Assembly (NCBI GenBank): GCA_963845565.1
Contig: CAWJSJ010000005.1
Coordinates: 672,001 to 736,000 of the forward strand
DNA length: 64,000 nt
From: an uncultured Methylomirabilota bacterium
GTDB taxonomy: Bacteria > Methylomirabilota > Methylomirabilia > Methylomirabilales > 2-02-FULL-66-22
Direction of reading: 5' to 3'
The position numbers and the translations under genes were made by a program. A model generated the notes under the pieces. That model searched no databases and was not told the DNA's origin. It saw only the letters and a program-made list of their open reading frames with translations. Positions 44,762 through 55,632 of the stretch are shown here, piece by piece (position 1 is the first letter of the stretch; each line of letters starts with the position of its first letter).

Positions 44762-46894
44762 ATGAGTCGCCTTTCTCGCATCCGGATGCGTGTCACGGCA
44801 TGGCTTCTGATTCCGCTTCTCCTTCTTTCGATCGCTCTTCCGATTCCGGCGCGTGCGCAGAGTGGTGCGAGCGCCGCGGGGCCGAGCGATCCCGGTTGGC
44901 CTCGTCAGATCAAGGGCGGTACGAACACCATTACGATCTACACTCCCCAGGTGGACCGTTGGGACGGCACGCAGCTCGAGGCGCGCGCCGCGGTGTCCGT
45001 GGACCATCCGGCGTCGCCTCAGCAAGACTTCGGGGTCATCTGGATCAGCGCCCACACCCTCGTCGATCGCACCAATCGCCTTGTGTCGTGCGACAAGGTG
45101 GAGATTACCAAGGCGAGCTTCCCGGCTGCGCCCGAGAAAACGGATGCGTACCTGGAGATTCTGCGGAGCAATGTGCCGCGGGGCATCATGACGATCTCGC
45201 TCGATCGTCTGCAAACCAACCTGGCGGTCACCCAGGCGCAGCGTACGCAGCAGCACCCTCAGCCGGTCAAGAACGAGCCGCCTCGGATCATCTTCAGCAC
45301 GACACCGGCCCTGCTGGTGCTCGTGGACGGTGCCCCGGTGTTCCTCCGGCAGGTGGACGGCAGCAAGCTGGTCCGGGTCATCAACACATGGGCGCTGATT
45401 CTTGTCGATCAGGCAGATGGGAGGTTCTACCTGCGCGCGCTCGGCAAATGGATGGAGGCGAGGAGCGTCGAGGGCCCCTGGACACTCTCGACGAAGCCAT
45501 CCGCCGCCCTCGAGGCAGTCCGCCAGTCGCTCGCCAAGAACGACCAAGTGAACATGCTGGACGACCCGGCACTGAATTTGAAAGAGTCGGCAGCGCAGGG
45601 ACGCTACCCGACCGTCTACGTGAGCACGGTTCCGGCTGAGCTCTTGGAGACGATCGGCCAGCCCGCCTTCGAGCCGATCGATGGGACGGGGCTCTTCGAC
45701 GTGAAGAATACGTCGGCCCACCTGCTGCTGGACCCCCGAACGGCCGACTACTACGTCCTGATCTCCGGCCGCTGGTTTCGCACGAAGACGCTGGCGACCG
45801 GCCCGTGGGAGTATGTGGCTCCCGATGCGCTTCCCGCCGACTTCGCCAAGATCCCCGAGAATCATCCCAAGGGCGTCGTTCTGGCATCGGTGGCGGGGAC
45901 GCCGGAAGCCCAGGAGGCGATGATCGACAATAGCATCCCGCAGACTGCTCAGGTGGATCGGTCGAAGACGACCCTGGTCGGCAAGTACGATGGGCCGGCA
46001 CAGCTGCGGGCGATTGAAGGGACAACGCTGCACTACGTGGTGAACTCGCCGTTTCCGGTAATTCAGGTCGACGCCGGCATCTGGTATGCGCTCAAAGATG
46101 GGGTGTGGTTTTCGGCGATGACGGTAAACGGCCCCTGGGCAGTGGCTACTGCGGTCCCGGCCGTGATCTACACGATTCCGCCCAGTTCCCCGGTGCATTA
46201 TGTCACGTACGTCTACATCTACGATTACACGCCGCAGTACGTAACCATCGGCTACACACCCGGTTACTACGGGACGGTGGTGGCGCCCGGCAATGTGGTG
46301 GTTTACGGGACCGGGTACGTCTATCCGGTGTACGTGGGTGTGTATTGGTACCCCCCGCCTCCGACGTACGGTTATGGCGCGGGGTTCGCCTGGGGGGCCG
46401 CCACGGGGTTTGCCTTCGGGTTCGCCGCCGGGGCGATCTGGGGCGGTGCGTGGGGGCACTGCTGCTGGGGTGGGGGGCAGGTGAATATCACCAACAACAT
46501 CAACATCAATAACCACAACGTCTACAATAAATGGGACAAGAACCAGGTTCGGGCGGATTTCCAGAACCGCGCGAAAGACCTGACCCCCGCACAGCGACAG
46601 CAAGTGCAACAGCGAGGACAAGAGGCGCGGCAAACTGCGCAGGAACGCGGTATCACCCGCCCAGAGAGCCGGAGCAACGACGTGTTCGCCGGGCGGGACG
46701 GCAACACGTACCGGCGGGGAGCCGATGGAGGGTGGGACCGGAATACCGGCCAGGGGTGGGGCAGGACCGAGGAGGGCGAAGCCGCCGATCGGTTGAGCCA
46801 GGAACAGCGCGCCCGCAGCCTCGGTGACAGGCGGGAGCGATCGTTTGATCGTCAGGGGCGGGCCGGCGGCAGCCGCCCGATGCTTCGAAGATAG
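44762..46894 (+). CDS. Large secreted protein of unknown function (family often annotated carbohydrate-binding V/XII), with Gly-rich hydrophobic segment and charged tail
   Basis: Signal peptide; intact paralog of 18250-20890. Confidence 0.8.
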   Translation: MSRLSRIRMRVTAWLLIPLLLLSIALPIPARAQSGASAAGPSDPGWPRQIKGGTNTITIYTPQVDRWDGTQLEARAAVSVDHPASPQQDFGVIWISAHTLVDRTNRLVSCDKVEITKASFPAAPEKTDAYLEILRSNVPRGIMTISLDRLQTNLAVTQAQRTQQHPQPVKNEPPRIIFSTTPALLVLVDGAPVFLRQVDGSKLVRVINTWALILVDQADGRFYLRALGKWMEARSVEGPWTLSTKPSAALEAVRQSLAKNDQVNMLDDPALNLKESAAQGRYPTVYVSTVPAELLETIGQPAFEPIDGTGLFDVKNTSAHLLLDPRTADYYVLISGRWFRTKTLATGPWEYVAPDALPADFAKIPENHPKGVVLASVAGTPEAQEAMIDNSIPQTAQVDRSKTTLVGKYDGPAQLRAIEGTTLHYVVNSPFPVIQVDAGIWYALKDGVWFSAMTVNGPWAVATAVPAVIYTIPPSSPVHYVTYVYIYDYTPQYVTIGYTPGYYGTVVAPGNVVVYGTGYVYPVYVGVYWYPPPPTYGYGAGFAWGAATGFAFGFAAGAIWGGAWGHCCWGGGQVNITNNININNHNVYNKWDKNQVRADFQNRAKDLTPAQRQQVQQRGQEARQTAQERGITRPESRSNDVFAGRDGNTYRRGADGGWDRNTGQGWGRTEEGEAADRLSQEQRARSLGDRRERSFDRQGRAGGSRPMLRR

Positions 46895-46935
46895 CAGGCA
46901 CGCTTTGTCACGCTCTGCTCAACGGGGGGCCAGCC

Positions 46936-48619
46936 ATGACGCACGCCATCGCGAAGCTATTCCAGAGTTATCCGGAAATCGCCGTCTTTCTGGCGCTCGC
47001 TACAGGGTATGCTCTCGGCAAGCTCAAGATACGGGGCTTTGGGCTTGGCACAACGGCATCGGTGCTGCTGGTAGCTATGGTGTTGGGGCAGATCGAGATT
47101 GCGGTCCCGGCACTCCTGCAGAATCTCAGTTTTGCGCTTTTTGCTTTCTGCATCGGTTATCAAGTGGGGCCGCAGTTCTTCGGCTCGCTTCGCAAGGAGG
47201 GTCTCAATTACCTCTGGGTCTCGCTCGCCGTCGCGCTGGGCGGACTGGGGACGGCGATTCTACTGGGAAGACTGCTGGGCTTCGACCAGGGGACCACCGC
47301 AGGGCTGTTCGCCGGCGCAATGACGCAATCCGCCGTCATCGGAACGGCGCAGGGGGCCGTCGCGCAGCTCTCCCTCCCGGGCGCGGCCAAGGCCGCGCTG
47401 ACGAATAATATCGCGGTGGCCTACGCGATCACGTACGTCTTCGGAACGGTGGGAGTGATCCTGCTCTTCAAGCTGCTTCCGGGCATGTTGAGGCTCGACC
47501 TGAAAGCGGAGGCCCGCGCACTGGAGCAGCAGATGGGAGGCGTCGTGGGTTCGTCCAAGGCGCCCGGACTCTTTTCCTGGTCCCGGGCGGTTGGGCTACG
47601 CGCCCACCGGGCGACGCAGGTGGAGGCCGTCGGAAAACCCGTCCGACAGGTGGAGCGTCTTTTCCCGGAGCGGGTGACCATCGAGAAGATCAAAAGGCAG
47701 AGCGCTGTTTTCGCCCCCGGCCCCGACGCGGTGGTCGAGGCGCAGGACGTGTTGGTCCTGGCCGGCAATTACCGCGGCCTCCTCGTGGCCGCTGAACTCG
47801 TTGGGATGGAGGTGGACGCTTCGACTGTAACGGAGATGATCGGCGAGTCGCTCGATATCTGTGTGCTGAGTCCTGCCGTGATCGGGAGGACCTTGGGCGA
47901 GCTGGCAGAGAGCCCGGAGGCGCGCGGTCTCTTCCTGCGAAGAATCATTCGGCAAGGTCGGGAACTCCCCATGACCCTGGATACCGTCGTCAACAAGTGC
48001 GACATCTTCCAGATCGTGGGCGCCCAGAGCGATGTGGAGCGGGCGGCCCAAACACTTGGGATACGTCGAGCGGGCTGCGGCCGCCACGGACCTGGTTATG
48101 CTCGGAGCGGGGTGTGTGCTCGGGACTCTCGCTGGGATGGTCAGCGTGCCCATCGCCGGTATCCCCCTCACGCTGGGTGTGGGGGGAGGCGTCCTGATCG
48201 CCGGACTCGTGGTCGGATGGCTCCGCTCGATCCATCCGACCTTTGGGCAGATATCGGAAGGCGGTCAGTGGATCTTGAATGATCTCGGCCTCAACCTCTT
48301 CATTGCGTGCCTCGGCTTGACCTCAGGGAGACAGGCCGTGCAGGCCATGCAGAGCAACGGGCTCACCATCTTCCTGGCGGGTGTCGTGCTGGCACTGGTT
48401 CCCATTCTTGCAGGTGTTTGCTTCGGGAGGCTTGTTCTCAAGATGCACCCGATCCTGCTGCTCGGCGCGCTGACCGGCGCCCGGGTTATTCCTGCGGCGC
48501 TCACGGCTCTCGAGGAGGACGCCGAGAGCTCTATGCTGACCCTGGGTTTTGCCGCGCCTTTTGCGTTCGCCAACGTCTTTCTGACGATTTTCGGCAGCCT
48601 CATCGTCAATCTGATGTGA
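46936..48619 (+). CDS. AspT/YidE-family antiporter with TrkA-C domains (frameshift near 48057)
   Basis: IGYQVGPQFF, AGAMTQSAVIGTA, DLGLNLFIA. Confidence 0.88.
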
Positions 48620-48768
48620 GGCGGCGAAGCCGAGAGGACCGTCGTGTCCGCGGAGGATGCGATCCTTGCGGCAAGTCACGAGCGCGAACGGGATTGATCG
48701 GCGACGCGGGACTGACGATCTTGCACTGCGACAGCAACGCGATCGAAAGTGGCTGAGAGGAGGGCTCG

Positions 48769-50061
48769 ATGAATCTGTTCAAAGAGATTCTCGCACACGA
48801 GGTATTTCCGGCTATCGGCTGCACCGAACCGATCTCCTGCGCCTATGCCGCCGCTGCGGCCGCAGAGCAACTGCAAGCCCCCGTGGAGCGGATGGAGCTG
48901 ACGGTCGACCCCGGCACATACAAGAACGGGGCGGCGGTCACCATCCCGAACAGCGGAGGCCAGAAGGGCAACGCGATCGCCGCGGCCCTGGGTGCCGTGA
49001 TCGCGAAATCGGCGCTGCGTCTGGAGATCCTGAAGGAGGTCACGCCGGATGTTCTCAAGCAGGCGCAGGGGTTGGTCGGCAGGAACATTTTGACGTATCG
49101 GTGCAACGAGGGCGAGAAGGGTTTTCACGTCGAAGTGTCGGCGGAAGGCGGCGGGTCCCGCGTTCGCTGCATCGTGTCGGAAGGGCACACCAACATCACC
49201 TTTCTGGAGAAAGACGACCGATCCATCCTCGACACCCATCCCCACGCCGGCACCGAGACCGCCGGTTACCGCGACAGGATGCGGTCGATGAGGATGGAGG
49301 AGGTCCTCAGCGAGGTGGTCAGACTGGACGATGAGTCCCGCGCGTATATCCAACGCGGCATCGACATGAACCTGGCCATATCCGAGAAAGGCGTCGATCT
49401 GAAAAGGAATGCCTACCAGTTACAGCAGATGATGAGGCAGGGCTTGATGGCCGACGACCTGTTCTACCGCGTGAAGCAGCGAGTCGCCTCCGCTCTTGAC
49501 GCGCGCATGGGCGGCCTTGCGGAACCGGTGATGACGAGCGGCGGATCCGGAAACCAGGGCGTTCTCACCACGCTTCTGCCGTACCTCGTCGGTCGGAATC
49601 GAGCGGTCGAACTGCCCTGCATTCAGGAAAGCGTTGCGATCAGCCATGCGGTGAATTCCTACATCAAGTGCTTCACGGGAGAACTGTCGGTCATCTGCGG
49701 CTGCGCGATTGCCGCCAGTATCGCCGCGGCCACGGCCATCGTGTATCAGAACGTCGGCATCGACATGCAAAAGATCACTTTCGCCGTCGACAACATCGTC
49801 GCGGATCTCTCCGGGATCATCTGTGACGGGGCCAAGTCGGGTTGTTCCATGAAGATCGTGACCGGTGCGGATACGGCCATGCGTTCCGCATTCATGGCCC
49901 TGGCCGGTTACGGCGTCTCGACGGATGATGGGATCATCGGAGGCTCGGCGGAGGAATCGATCCGTAATCTGAGCAAGATATCCTTCGAAGGCATGGGTCT
50001 GGTGGATTCTACTGTGGTCCACATTCTTCAGAGCAAGACTCCTCGCCGGGGCCAGGCCTGA
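48769..50061 (+). CDS. L-cysteine desulfidase CyuA/YhaM family (serine dehydratase alpha-like)
   Basis: PAIGCTEPIS, ARMGG..PVMTSGGSGNQG, LSVICGC, GIICDGAKSGC. Confidence 0.9.
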   Translation: MNLFKEILAHEVFPAIGCTEPISCAYAAAAAAEQLQAPVERMELTVDPGTYKNGAAVTIPNSGGQKGNAIAAALGAVIAKSALRLEILKEVTPDVLKQAQGLVGRNILTYRCNEGEKGFHVEVSAEGGGSRVRCIVSEGHTNITFLEKDDRSILDTHPHAGTETAGYRDRMRSMRMEEVLSEVVRLDDESRAYIQRGIDMNLAISEKGVDLKRNAYQLQQMMRQGLMADDLFYRVKQRVASALDARMGGLAEPVMTSGGSGNQGVLTTLLPYLVGRNRAVELPCIQESVAISHAVNSYIKCFTGELSVICGCAIAASIAAATAIVYQNVGIDMQKITFAVDNIVADLSGIICDGAKSGCSMKIVTGADTAMRSAFMALAGYGVSTDDGIIGGSAEESIRNLSKISFEGMGLVDSTVVHILQSKTPRRGQA

Positions 50062-50189
50062 CGAGAGGCGCGCGCAACCCCAACGGACGAGAATAACCCT
50101 TCGTGCGCCTTTGCGTCGGAGGGAATATGGCCGACACGGTCATGCCGATCGCGCAAGGAAACCTCGAAGTGCTCGACTTCCCGCGTGCC

Positions 50190-50444
50190 CGGCAGGACAC
50201 GACCGCAACAGTCTCGCGGAATGGCTTCACACCCGCGCAACGCTTTTTCCTGAGCTAAGCGGAGGCCTGGCGCTTCACGCTGCGGGAGGAGACCTTGCGC
50301 CAGGCTCCTGACGGACGAGCACGCACCCCCAAGTACCGCGTCCTGGGACCTCTGACCAACCTGCCGGAGTTCGCCGTCGCCTTCAAATGCAAGGCCGGCG
50401 ATACGATGGTGCGTCGGTCTGGAGATCGGCCGAACAACTGGTAG
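50190..50444 (+). pseudogene. Degraded 3' copy of the M13 peptidase gene
   Basis: GFTPAQRFFLS-stop...KYRVLGPLTNLPEF...GDRPNNW; aligns by eye to 35640-35893. Confidence 0.85.
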
Positions 50445-50548
50445 GCCGCCTCCGCGTGAAATCATGCCGTGTATTGCGGCACCATCGCTGCAATTATCCA
50501 ACCCATGAAGATTGTCCATCGCATCCTGAGCGAGCAGCGTCTGAATAT

Positions 50549-50736
50549 GGGGGACGTCCATAAAAGTATAAAAGTCATTCCTTGTCGCCGTGAATTACGG
50601 GTAAGTGAGGGCCGTTCTCGCTCCAGATGAGACCACGTTTCCTCTTCGAGTCTGCAGTCCGTACGAGTTGCATCCCACCCGCGACCGTCGCCGATAAATA
50701 GTGCGGCAAACATTTATACTTTTATGGACGTCCCCC
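50549..50736. mobile_element. 188-bp element with perfect 24-bp terminal inverted repeats
   Basis: GGGGGACGTCCATAAAAGTATAAA (50549-50572) and its exact reverse complement (50713-50736). Confidence 0.85.
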
Positions 50737-51305
50737 TACATCTGAGAGGCTTCGAGATGGTCACCTGCGCCCCTGCGGACGATCCGCAGAGCACCAACGC
50801 TATCAGGACGGCGATTGCGTGACGGGATCGCATCCTATGCTCCAAGCGCAAGGGTGATGCTCGTGTTTGGCTTACCAGTCGATTGGACTCTCACGGATCC
50901 TGGCATTTGGACGCGTCGCGGGGTATCAGTTTGGGCACAAGACTCCCTACCACGGCCACGCCGATGCCCAGAAGGGTCTCTATCAGACGATTGTCCATAG
51001 GGCCTTCGTCCTATGTGTGGTCAAGATCCCCTTTGAGTCTTGCCCTCACGGAGCCCCGCATCTCGCAATGCATGGCCGACCAGGCCGGCTATGGCGCCCA
51101 AGTCCCATAGCTGGCCTGGCCGGCGGTTGACAGTTCGGAGGTATCCCCCACCGCATTTCGGGTACCGGCATCCCTATTGCGCCACGAGGAATTCTCCATT
51201 CGACGGGGGAGTCGTCGCTCGGCGAAGAAGGGGAGCGCGGCAAAAAACGCTAGAATGACGCATCCTTGCGAGGAGACGGACCGCTCGTCCAAACCCTGGT
51301 CGAGG

Positions 51306-51322
51306 CTGGCACACTTTGTGCT
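51306..51322 (+). promoter_or_regulatory. sigma54 (-24/-12) promoter candidate
   Basis: CTGGCACACTTTGTGCT = TGGCAC with GG-N10-GC, about 130 bp upstream of 51454. Confidence 0.6.
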
Positions 51323-51453
51323 CTTTCCAGAAACCGACGACATCACCAAATGCTCCGGCCCCCCGGAACAGCGACAAGCGAAAGGGCAGCGTAGGGCTGC
51401 CGGGCCCCCGAAGGATTTGAGGGTCGTAACCGAATGAAGTAGGAGGGAGTCAC

Positions 51454-51873
51454 ATGAACAGGTTCATTGCAGTGTTCGCCGCAGTCCTCTTGACCGTCGC
51501 GGTAGTTGGCCCGGTGTTCGCCCAGGGGCAGCAGGCTCCGGCCGCCAAAGTCGAGCCCAAGGGCACCGAGGGCCCGGATGTGCGCAAGCAAGAGCCCAAG
51601 GGCACCGAGGGTCCGGATGTCCGGAAGGCCACCAAGAAGACCGCCGCCTCGCCGGCTCCGCCGAAGGTGCAGCCCAAGGGGACGGAAGGTCCGGGTGTCC
51701 GCAAGCAAGAGCCCAAGGGCACCGAGGGCCCGGATGTGAAGAAGTCCACCAAGAAGACCGCCAAGTCCCCCGCCCCGGCCGTCAAGGGCACCGAGGGCCC
51801 GGATGTGCGCAAGCAAGAGCCCAAGGGCACCGAGGGTCCGGACGTACGGAAGGCCCCCGAGAAGAAGTCCTAG
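51454..51873 (+). CDS. Secreted Lys-rich repeat protein (6x KGTEGP[D/G]V[R/K]K)
   Basis: RBS AGGAGG, Sec signal ending VFA-Q, repeats with synonymous variation. Confidence 0.85.
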   Translation: MNRFIAVFAAVLLTVAVVGPVFAQGQQAPAAKVEPKGTEGPDVRKQEPKGTEGPDVRKATKKTAASPAPPKVQPKGTEGPGVRKQEPKGTEGPDVKKSTKKTAKSPAPAVKGTEGPDVRKQEPKGTEGPDVRKAPEKKS

Positions 51874-52082
51874 GTTTCCTCGTCTCTCATTGCCACGCGC
51901 CGGCTGGTTCGCCAACCGGCGCGTGGTGTTTATACCCAGGCATGCCGGCGGTGTTGAGTCCATGGCCAACGCATCGCCTGCACTCTCTTCTTGGAGAAAC
52001 CCCGAGCGGCAGTGGCGTGTTTATGGTAGGCTTCACCTCCAATGGACGGTGACGACACAGCTGGGGTACTTGAAAAGACGCC

Positions 52083-52762
52083 ATGTCTGAGATCTTCCCG
52101 CGAAGATCTCACCGGGAAGCGCCACGACGGTGTTCGTCGTCGACGACGACGAAAACGTTCGGAAGGCGTTGGCGCGCCTCATCCGCTCGGCCGGCATGAC
52201 GGCCCGAACGTTCCCGACTGCCGAAGCGTTCCTCGCGGAAGACCACGCGGTGCCGGCTTCCTGTCTCGTTCTGGATGTCCGCTTGCCGGGGTTGAACGGC
52301 CTTCAGCTCCAGGAGGCGCTCAATCGGAAAGGTTACCCGATCGCCATCGTCTTCATCACCGGTCACGGGGATGTGCCCACGAGCGTACGGGCCATGAAAG
52401 CCGGGGCGGTGGATTTCCTCCAGAAACCGTTTACGGGTCCCGAACTCCTCGACGCCGTCCGCCGCGCCGTCGGTCGCACGCGAGATGCGGTGGCGAAGCA
52501 GGCGGAAACCGCGGAGATTCAACGACGGTACGATACGCTGACGCCGCGGGAGCGAGAGGTCTTCTCGCTGGTGGTGACGGGCTTGTTGAACAAACAGGTG
52601 GCGGGGGAGCTGGGCGCCGCCGAGAAGACCATCAAGATCCATCGTGGACGGGTGATGGCGAAGATGCAAGCACCCTCGGTAGCCGACCTCGTCCGAATGG
52701 CCGGGCTATTGGGAATCCCCCCGCACACGCCCGCCCCTCGCGGCGCGCCTCGCGCCTCGTAA
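52083..52762 (+). CDS. FixJ/NodW-like response regulator (REC + LuxR HTH); probable 5' frameshift
   Basis: VFVVDDD, LDVRLPG, FITGHGD, KAGAVDFLQKP, LTPREREV, TIKIHRGRVMAK. Confidence 0.92.
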
Positions 52763-52878
52763 TTCCTTTCCTGCGAACGTTTTTTGGCGGATCGAGTAGA
52801 TGCCCTCGTCTTCCGTCATCTGAAGCGGCGAACCGGCCTGCCCGTCTGTCCCGCCGCGGCGACCGCCAAAACCATATA

Positions 52879-52890
52879 GGACCAAGGTCC
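52879..52890. promoter_or_regulatory. Palindrome GGACC-AA-GGTCC, candidate response-regulator box
   Basis: Lies between the response regulator and the 53042 operon. Confidence 0.45.
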
Positions 52891-53041
52891 GACTTGTCGT
52901 CGGGAATCCCCCGGAGCAGATTCAGAGGTCAGCGGAGGAAGGCGCTGTTCGGGCCTATCTACTGCGCAGCGTGGGTGGCGTTGCGGTTATTCCGCGCTGC
53001 GTGGTAAATATGATGTCACTGGAATTCGAGGAGGACCGCAC

Positions 53042-54253
53042 ATGACATCCCCCACGCCGGCGTCCGGAGACAGGCTGCTCCGCGATCCGCAGAACTTCTC
53101 GCTCGTCCTGGGCGGGCCGCTCTTCCAGTTGCTGCGTCGGGCGCATCTGTCCGACGATGCGCTGATGCTGATGCGCCAACGCATCATCGCTCTCTCGCTG
53201 TTCGCCTGGCTGCCACTTCTGGCGCTCTCGGCCCTGGGAGGACAAGTGATAGGCGGGACGGCGGCCGTCCCGTTCCTGCTGGACGTGGACGTGCATATCC
53301 GCTTCCTGGTGGCGTTGCCGCTGTTGATCGTGGCGGAGCTGGTGGTGCACCAACGCATGCGGTTCGTGGTGAAGCAATTTCTGGAACGGCACCTGATTCC
53401 CGCGAGCGCCCGGACCCGGTTCGAGGCCGCCATCGCGTCGGCGCTTCGGCTGCGCAACTCGGTGCTCGCCGAGGTGCTGCTGATCGCGTTCGTCTATGGC
53501 GTCGGCGTCCTGATCGTCTGGCGCCAGTACGGGGCCCTCGCGGCGGCCACGTGGTATGCGACACCGGCCGCCGGGGGCTCGACGCTCTCGCTCGCGGGGA
53601 TGTGGTATGGCTATGTGAGCTTGCCGCTTTTCCAGTTCCTGTTGCTCCGCTGGTATTTTCGGCTGGCGATCTGGGCCCGCCTCCTCTGGCAGGTGTCCCG
53701 CATTGAGTTGCACCTGGTGCCCACGCATCCCGATCGCGTCGGCGGCCTGGGCTTTCTGTCCAACACGGTCTACGCCTTCACCCCGCTGGCGGTGGCACAC
53801 GGCGCGCTGCTGGCCGGCATGATCGCCAACCGCATTTTCTACCTCGGGGCCACCCTGCCGGCCTTCAAGGTCGAGATCGCCGTCATGGTAGGTTTTCTGC
53901 TGTGCGTGGTGCTCGGCCCGCTCTTGGTGTTCGCGCCGCAGCTTGCGCAGGCGAAGCGGACCGGCAATCGCGAATATGGCACACTGGCCCAGCGGTACGT
54001 GCGCGAGTTCGATGCCAAATGGCTCCGCGGCGACGCGCCGGCCGAGGAACCGTTGGTGGGGAGCGCCGACATCCAGTCCCTTGCCGATCTGAACAATAGT
54101 TTCGAGGTGGTGCGGACCATGCGCCTCGCGCCGGTGACGAAGGAGGCTCTCGTCCAGCTTGCGGCCGCGACACTCGCGCCGGTCGCGCCACTGGCCCTCA
54201 CCATGATGCCGCTGGAGGAACTGTTGAAAAAGCTGTTCGGCATCTTGTTCTGA
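53042..54253 (+). CDS. Conserved multi-pass membrane protein
   Basis: FSLVLGGPLFQ, PTHPDRVGGLGFL, GSADIQSLADL. Confidence 0.85.
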   Translation: MTSPTPASGDRLLRDPQNFSLVLGGPLFQLLRRAHLSDDALMLMRQRIIALSLFAWLPLLALSALGGQVIGGTAAVPFLLDVDVHIRFLVALPLLIVAELVVHQRMRFVVKQFLERHLIPASARTRFEAAIASALRLRNSVLAEVLLIAFVYGVGVLIVWRQYGALAAATWYATPAAGGSTLSLAGMWYGYVSLPLFQFLLLRWYFRLAIWARLLWQVSRIELHLVPTHPDRVGGLGFLSNTVYAFTPLAVAHGALLAGMIANRIFYLGATLPAFKVEIAVMVGFLLCVVLGPLLVFAPQLAQAKRTGNREYGTLAQRYVREFDAKWLRGDAPAEEPLVGSADIQSLADLNNSFEVVRTMRLAPVTKEALVQLAAATLAPVAPLALTMMPLEELLKKLFGILF

Positions 54254-54320
54254 CGCGGCGCGGCGCTTCGGTCGAGATCTGGCGGCAGTACAGCCAGGAG
54301 TGCAAAGGAGGGAGCGTGAG

Positions 54321-55442
54321 ATGGACGCCGGGCATACCACCCCACGGTTGCGGCAGATCAGGCGGGCGCTGCCGACGCTGCTCCTCGTCCTGACGATGCT
54401 GGGCGCGGCCGGTTGCACCATCGGGCCGAGCACGATGACCCGGGACCGGTTCGACTACACGGCGGCCGTGGCCGAGTCGTGGAAGAGCCAGATGCTGCTG
54501 AACCTGGTGAAGCTCCGCTACAGCGATACCCCGGTATTCCTGGACGTCGGGCAGATCGTCAGCGGCTATACAGTGCAGAGCACCTTTACCGCGGCCGGGA
54601 ACGTCTTCAACACCAGCGGCACCGTGCCGGGGGTCCCCAACAGCAGCATCGGGCTGGGGGCGCAGGGCCAATTCACCGACCGACCGACCATCACCTACGC
54701 GCCCCTCATGGGCGAGCGGTTCGCCCGCTCGCTGATGACGCCCGTGCCTCCCGCGGCGATCCTGAGCCTGATCCAGGCGGGATATCCCATCGACCTGACG
54801 CTGCGGCTGACGGTGCACACGCTCAACGGCATCCAGAATCGGTTCGGCGGGGGGGCCCGGCGGCGGCCGGCCGACCCGGACTTCTACGAGCTCCTGGCGC
54901 GGCTCCGGCGAATCCAGAACTCGGGCGCCATCGGCATGCGCGTGCAGCGCGTCGGTCCCGAAGTTGCCACGGTGCTGACCCTGCGGCAGAAGGTGGAGCC
55001 GAGCGTCGAGACGGACATCCTGATGGTCCGGCAGTTGCTGGGGCTCGATCCCCAGGGGGGCGAGTTCCGGGTGGTCTATGGGGCCGTGGCCGCGAACGAC
55101 AAGGAACTGGCCATGCTCACCCGGTCGATCCTGGACATCCTGCTCGATATGGGGTCGTTTATCACGGTGCCGGAGACCCACGTGCAGGAGAAACGGGTCG
55201 CGCCGTCGGACGAACCCGAGGTCGGCCCGGGCGGGCCCATCCCGCCCCTCGTGCGGATCCAGAGTGGCGCCGAGAAGCCGGGCGATGCCTTCGTGGCGGT
55301 GCCCTACCGAAACCACTGGTACTGGATCGATGACCGCGACCTGCCGTCCAAGGGGCTGTTCAGCTTCCTCATGTTCCTCTTCACCCTGGTGGAGACCGGA
55401 GACAAGGGCGCACCTCCCGTCGTGACGATCCCGGCGGGGTAG
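54321..55442 (+). CDS. Conserved hypothetical lipoprotein
   Basis: Lipobox AAGC; QMLLNLVKLRY, DRPTITYAPL, YWIDDRDLPSK. Confidence 0.85.
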   Translation: MDAGHTTPRLRQIRRALPTLLLVLTMLGAAGCTIGPSTMTRDRFDYTAAVAESWKSQMLLNLVKLRYSDTPVFLDVGQIVSGYTVQSTFTAAGNVFNTSGTVPGVPNSSIGLGAQGQFTDRPTITYAPLMGERFARSLMTPVPPAAILSLIQAGYPIDLTLRLTVHTLNGIQNRFGGGARRRPADPDFYELLARLRRIQNSGAIGMRVQRVGPEVATVLTLRQKVEPSVETDILMVRQLLGLDPQGGEFRVVYGAVAANDKELAMLTRSILDILLDMGSFITVPETHVQEKRVAPSDEPEVGPGGPIPPLVRIQSGAEKPGDAFVAVPYRNHWYWIDDRDLPSKGLFSFLMFLFTLVETGDKGAPPVVTIPAG

Positions 55443-55632
55443 GCGGGGCGGGATAAAACAGGCCGGCCAGAACCAACAGCCTGCCCAAGTGCAACCTTGG
55501 GCCGCTCGGGCAGAGTGCGATAAAGCCAGAGCCTGGGTCTGGCGGGGCGCGGGTACCAGGTCAAAAAGCGGCAGCCTTTTCAGACGTTCGGCTGCGCTCT
55601 TCAGTATGGTGTCCTCGGAAATAGGAGGCGGA

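Noticed and set aside
35640..50444. M13 repeat pair or RND pair as DGR template/variable repeats
   Set aside because: No reverse transcriptase in the window, and the differences are not adenine-specific.
51550..51860. AAGGGCACCGAGGGCCCGGATGT repeats as a CRISPR array
   Set aside because: Repeats are in frame in a coding gene with synonymous variation, spacers are themselves repeated, and there are no cas genes.
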